The position numbers and the translations under genes were made by a program. A DNA stretch of 64,000 nucleotides, from NCBI GenBank assembly GCA_026770705.1, contig JANJGN010000003.1, positions 230,640,001 through 230,704,000 of the forward strand, in the 5' to 3' direction. Shown one piece after another: positions 63,994-64,000 of this stretch. This DNA comes from Isurus oxyrinchus. Lineage: Eukaryota. The notes beneath the pieces were generated by a model that was given only the letters and a program-made list of their open reading frames with translations, had not been told where the DNA came from and did no database searches. Within the stretch, counting starts at the first letter, position 1. Each line of letters opens with the position of its first letter.

Positions 63994-64000
63994 GTGAGTG

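Larger units (their letters stand above)
63150..64000. promoter_or_regulatory. CpG-island, probably bidirectional promoter (EXOSC7 leftward, unseen gene rightward)
   Basis: High CpG density. Overlapping E-box CACGTG (63329-63334) and CRE TGACGTCA (63333-63340). NRF1-like CGCATGCGCA (~63354-63363). ETS-like CCGGAAG/TTCCGG (~63569-63592). YY1-like CCGCCATTT (63651-63659). Confidence 0.8.

Overview
Vertebrate genomic DNA, most likely a cartilaginous fish (shark), inferred from the repeat families and protein sequences. Two complete spliced genes lie on the minus strand. CLEC3B/tetranectin has 3 coding exons (8799->3246, 202 aa). EXOSC7/RRP42 has 8 coding exons (63300->31139, 291 aa). All introns are GT-AG with consistent phases. 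The right end is a CpG-island promoter that is probably bidirectional (ZDHHC3 is head-to-head with EXOSC7 in human). Much of the rest is nested retroelements: CR1 LINEs (one near full length), L2/RTE fragments, several tRNA-derived SINE families, two Penelope-like (GIY-YIG) families carrying minimal hammerhead ribozyme motifs, a Gypsy relic and solo LTRs. The most notable items are: a five-unit head-to-tail array of a tRNA-derived element whose 14-bp target sequence recurs between units (49526-50294); hammerhead-bearing Penelope inverted repeats inside introns; and a tetranectin lacking the K148/E150-equivalent ligand residues. Repeat boundaries were read by eye and are approximate; exon boundaries were read to the base.
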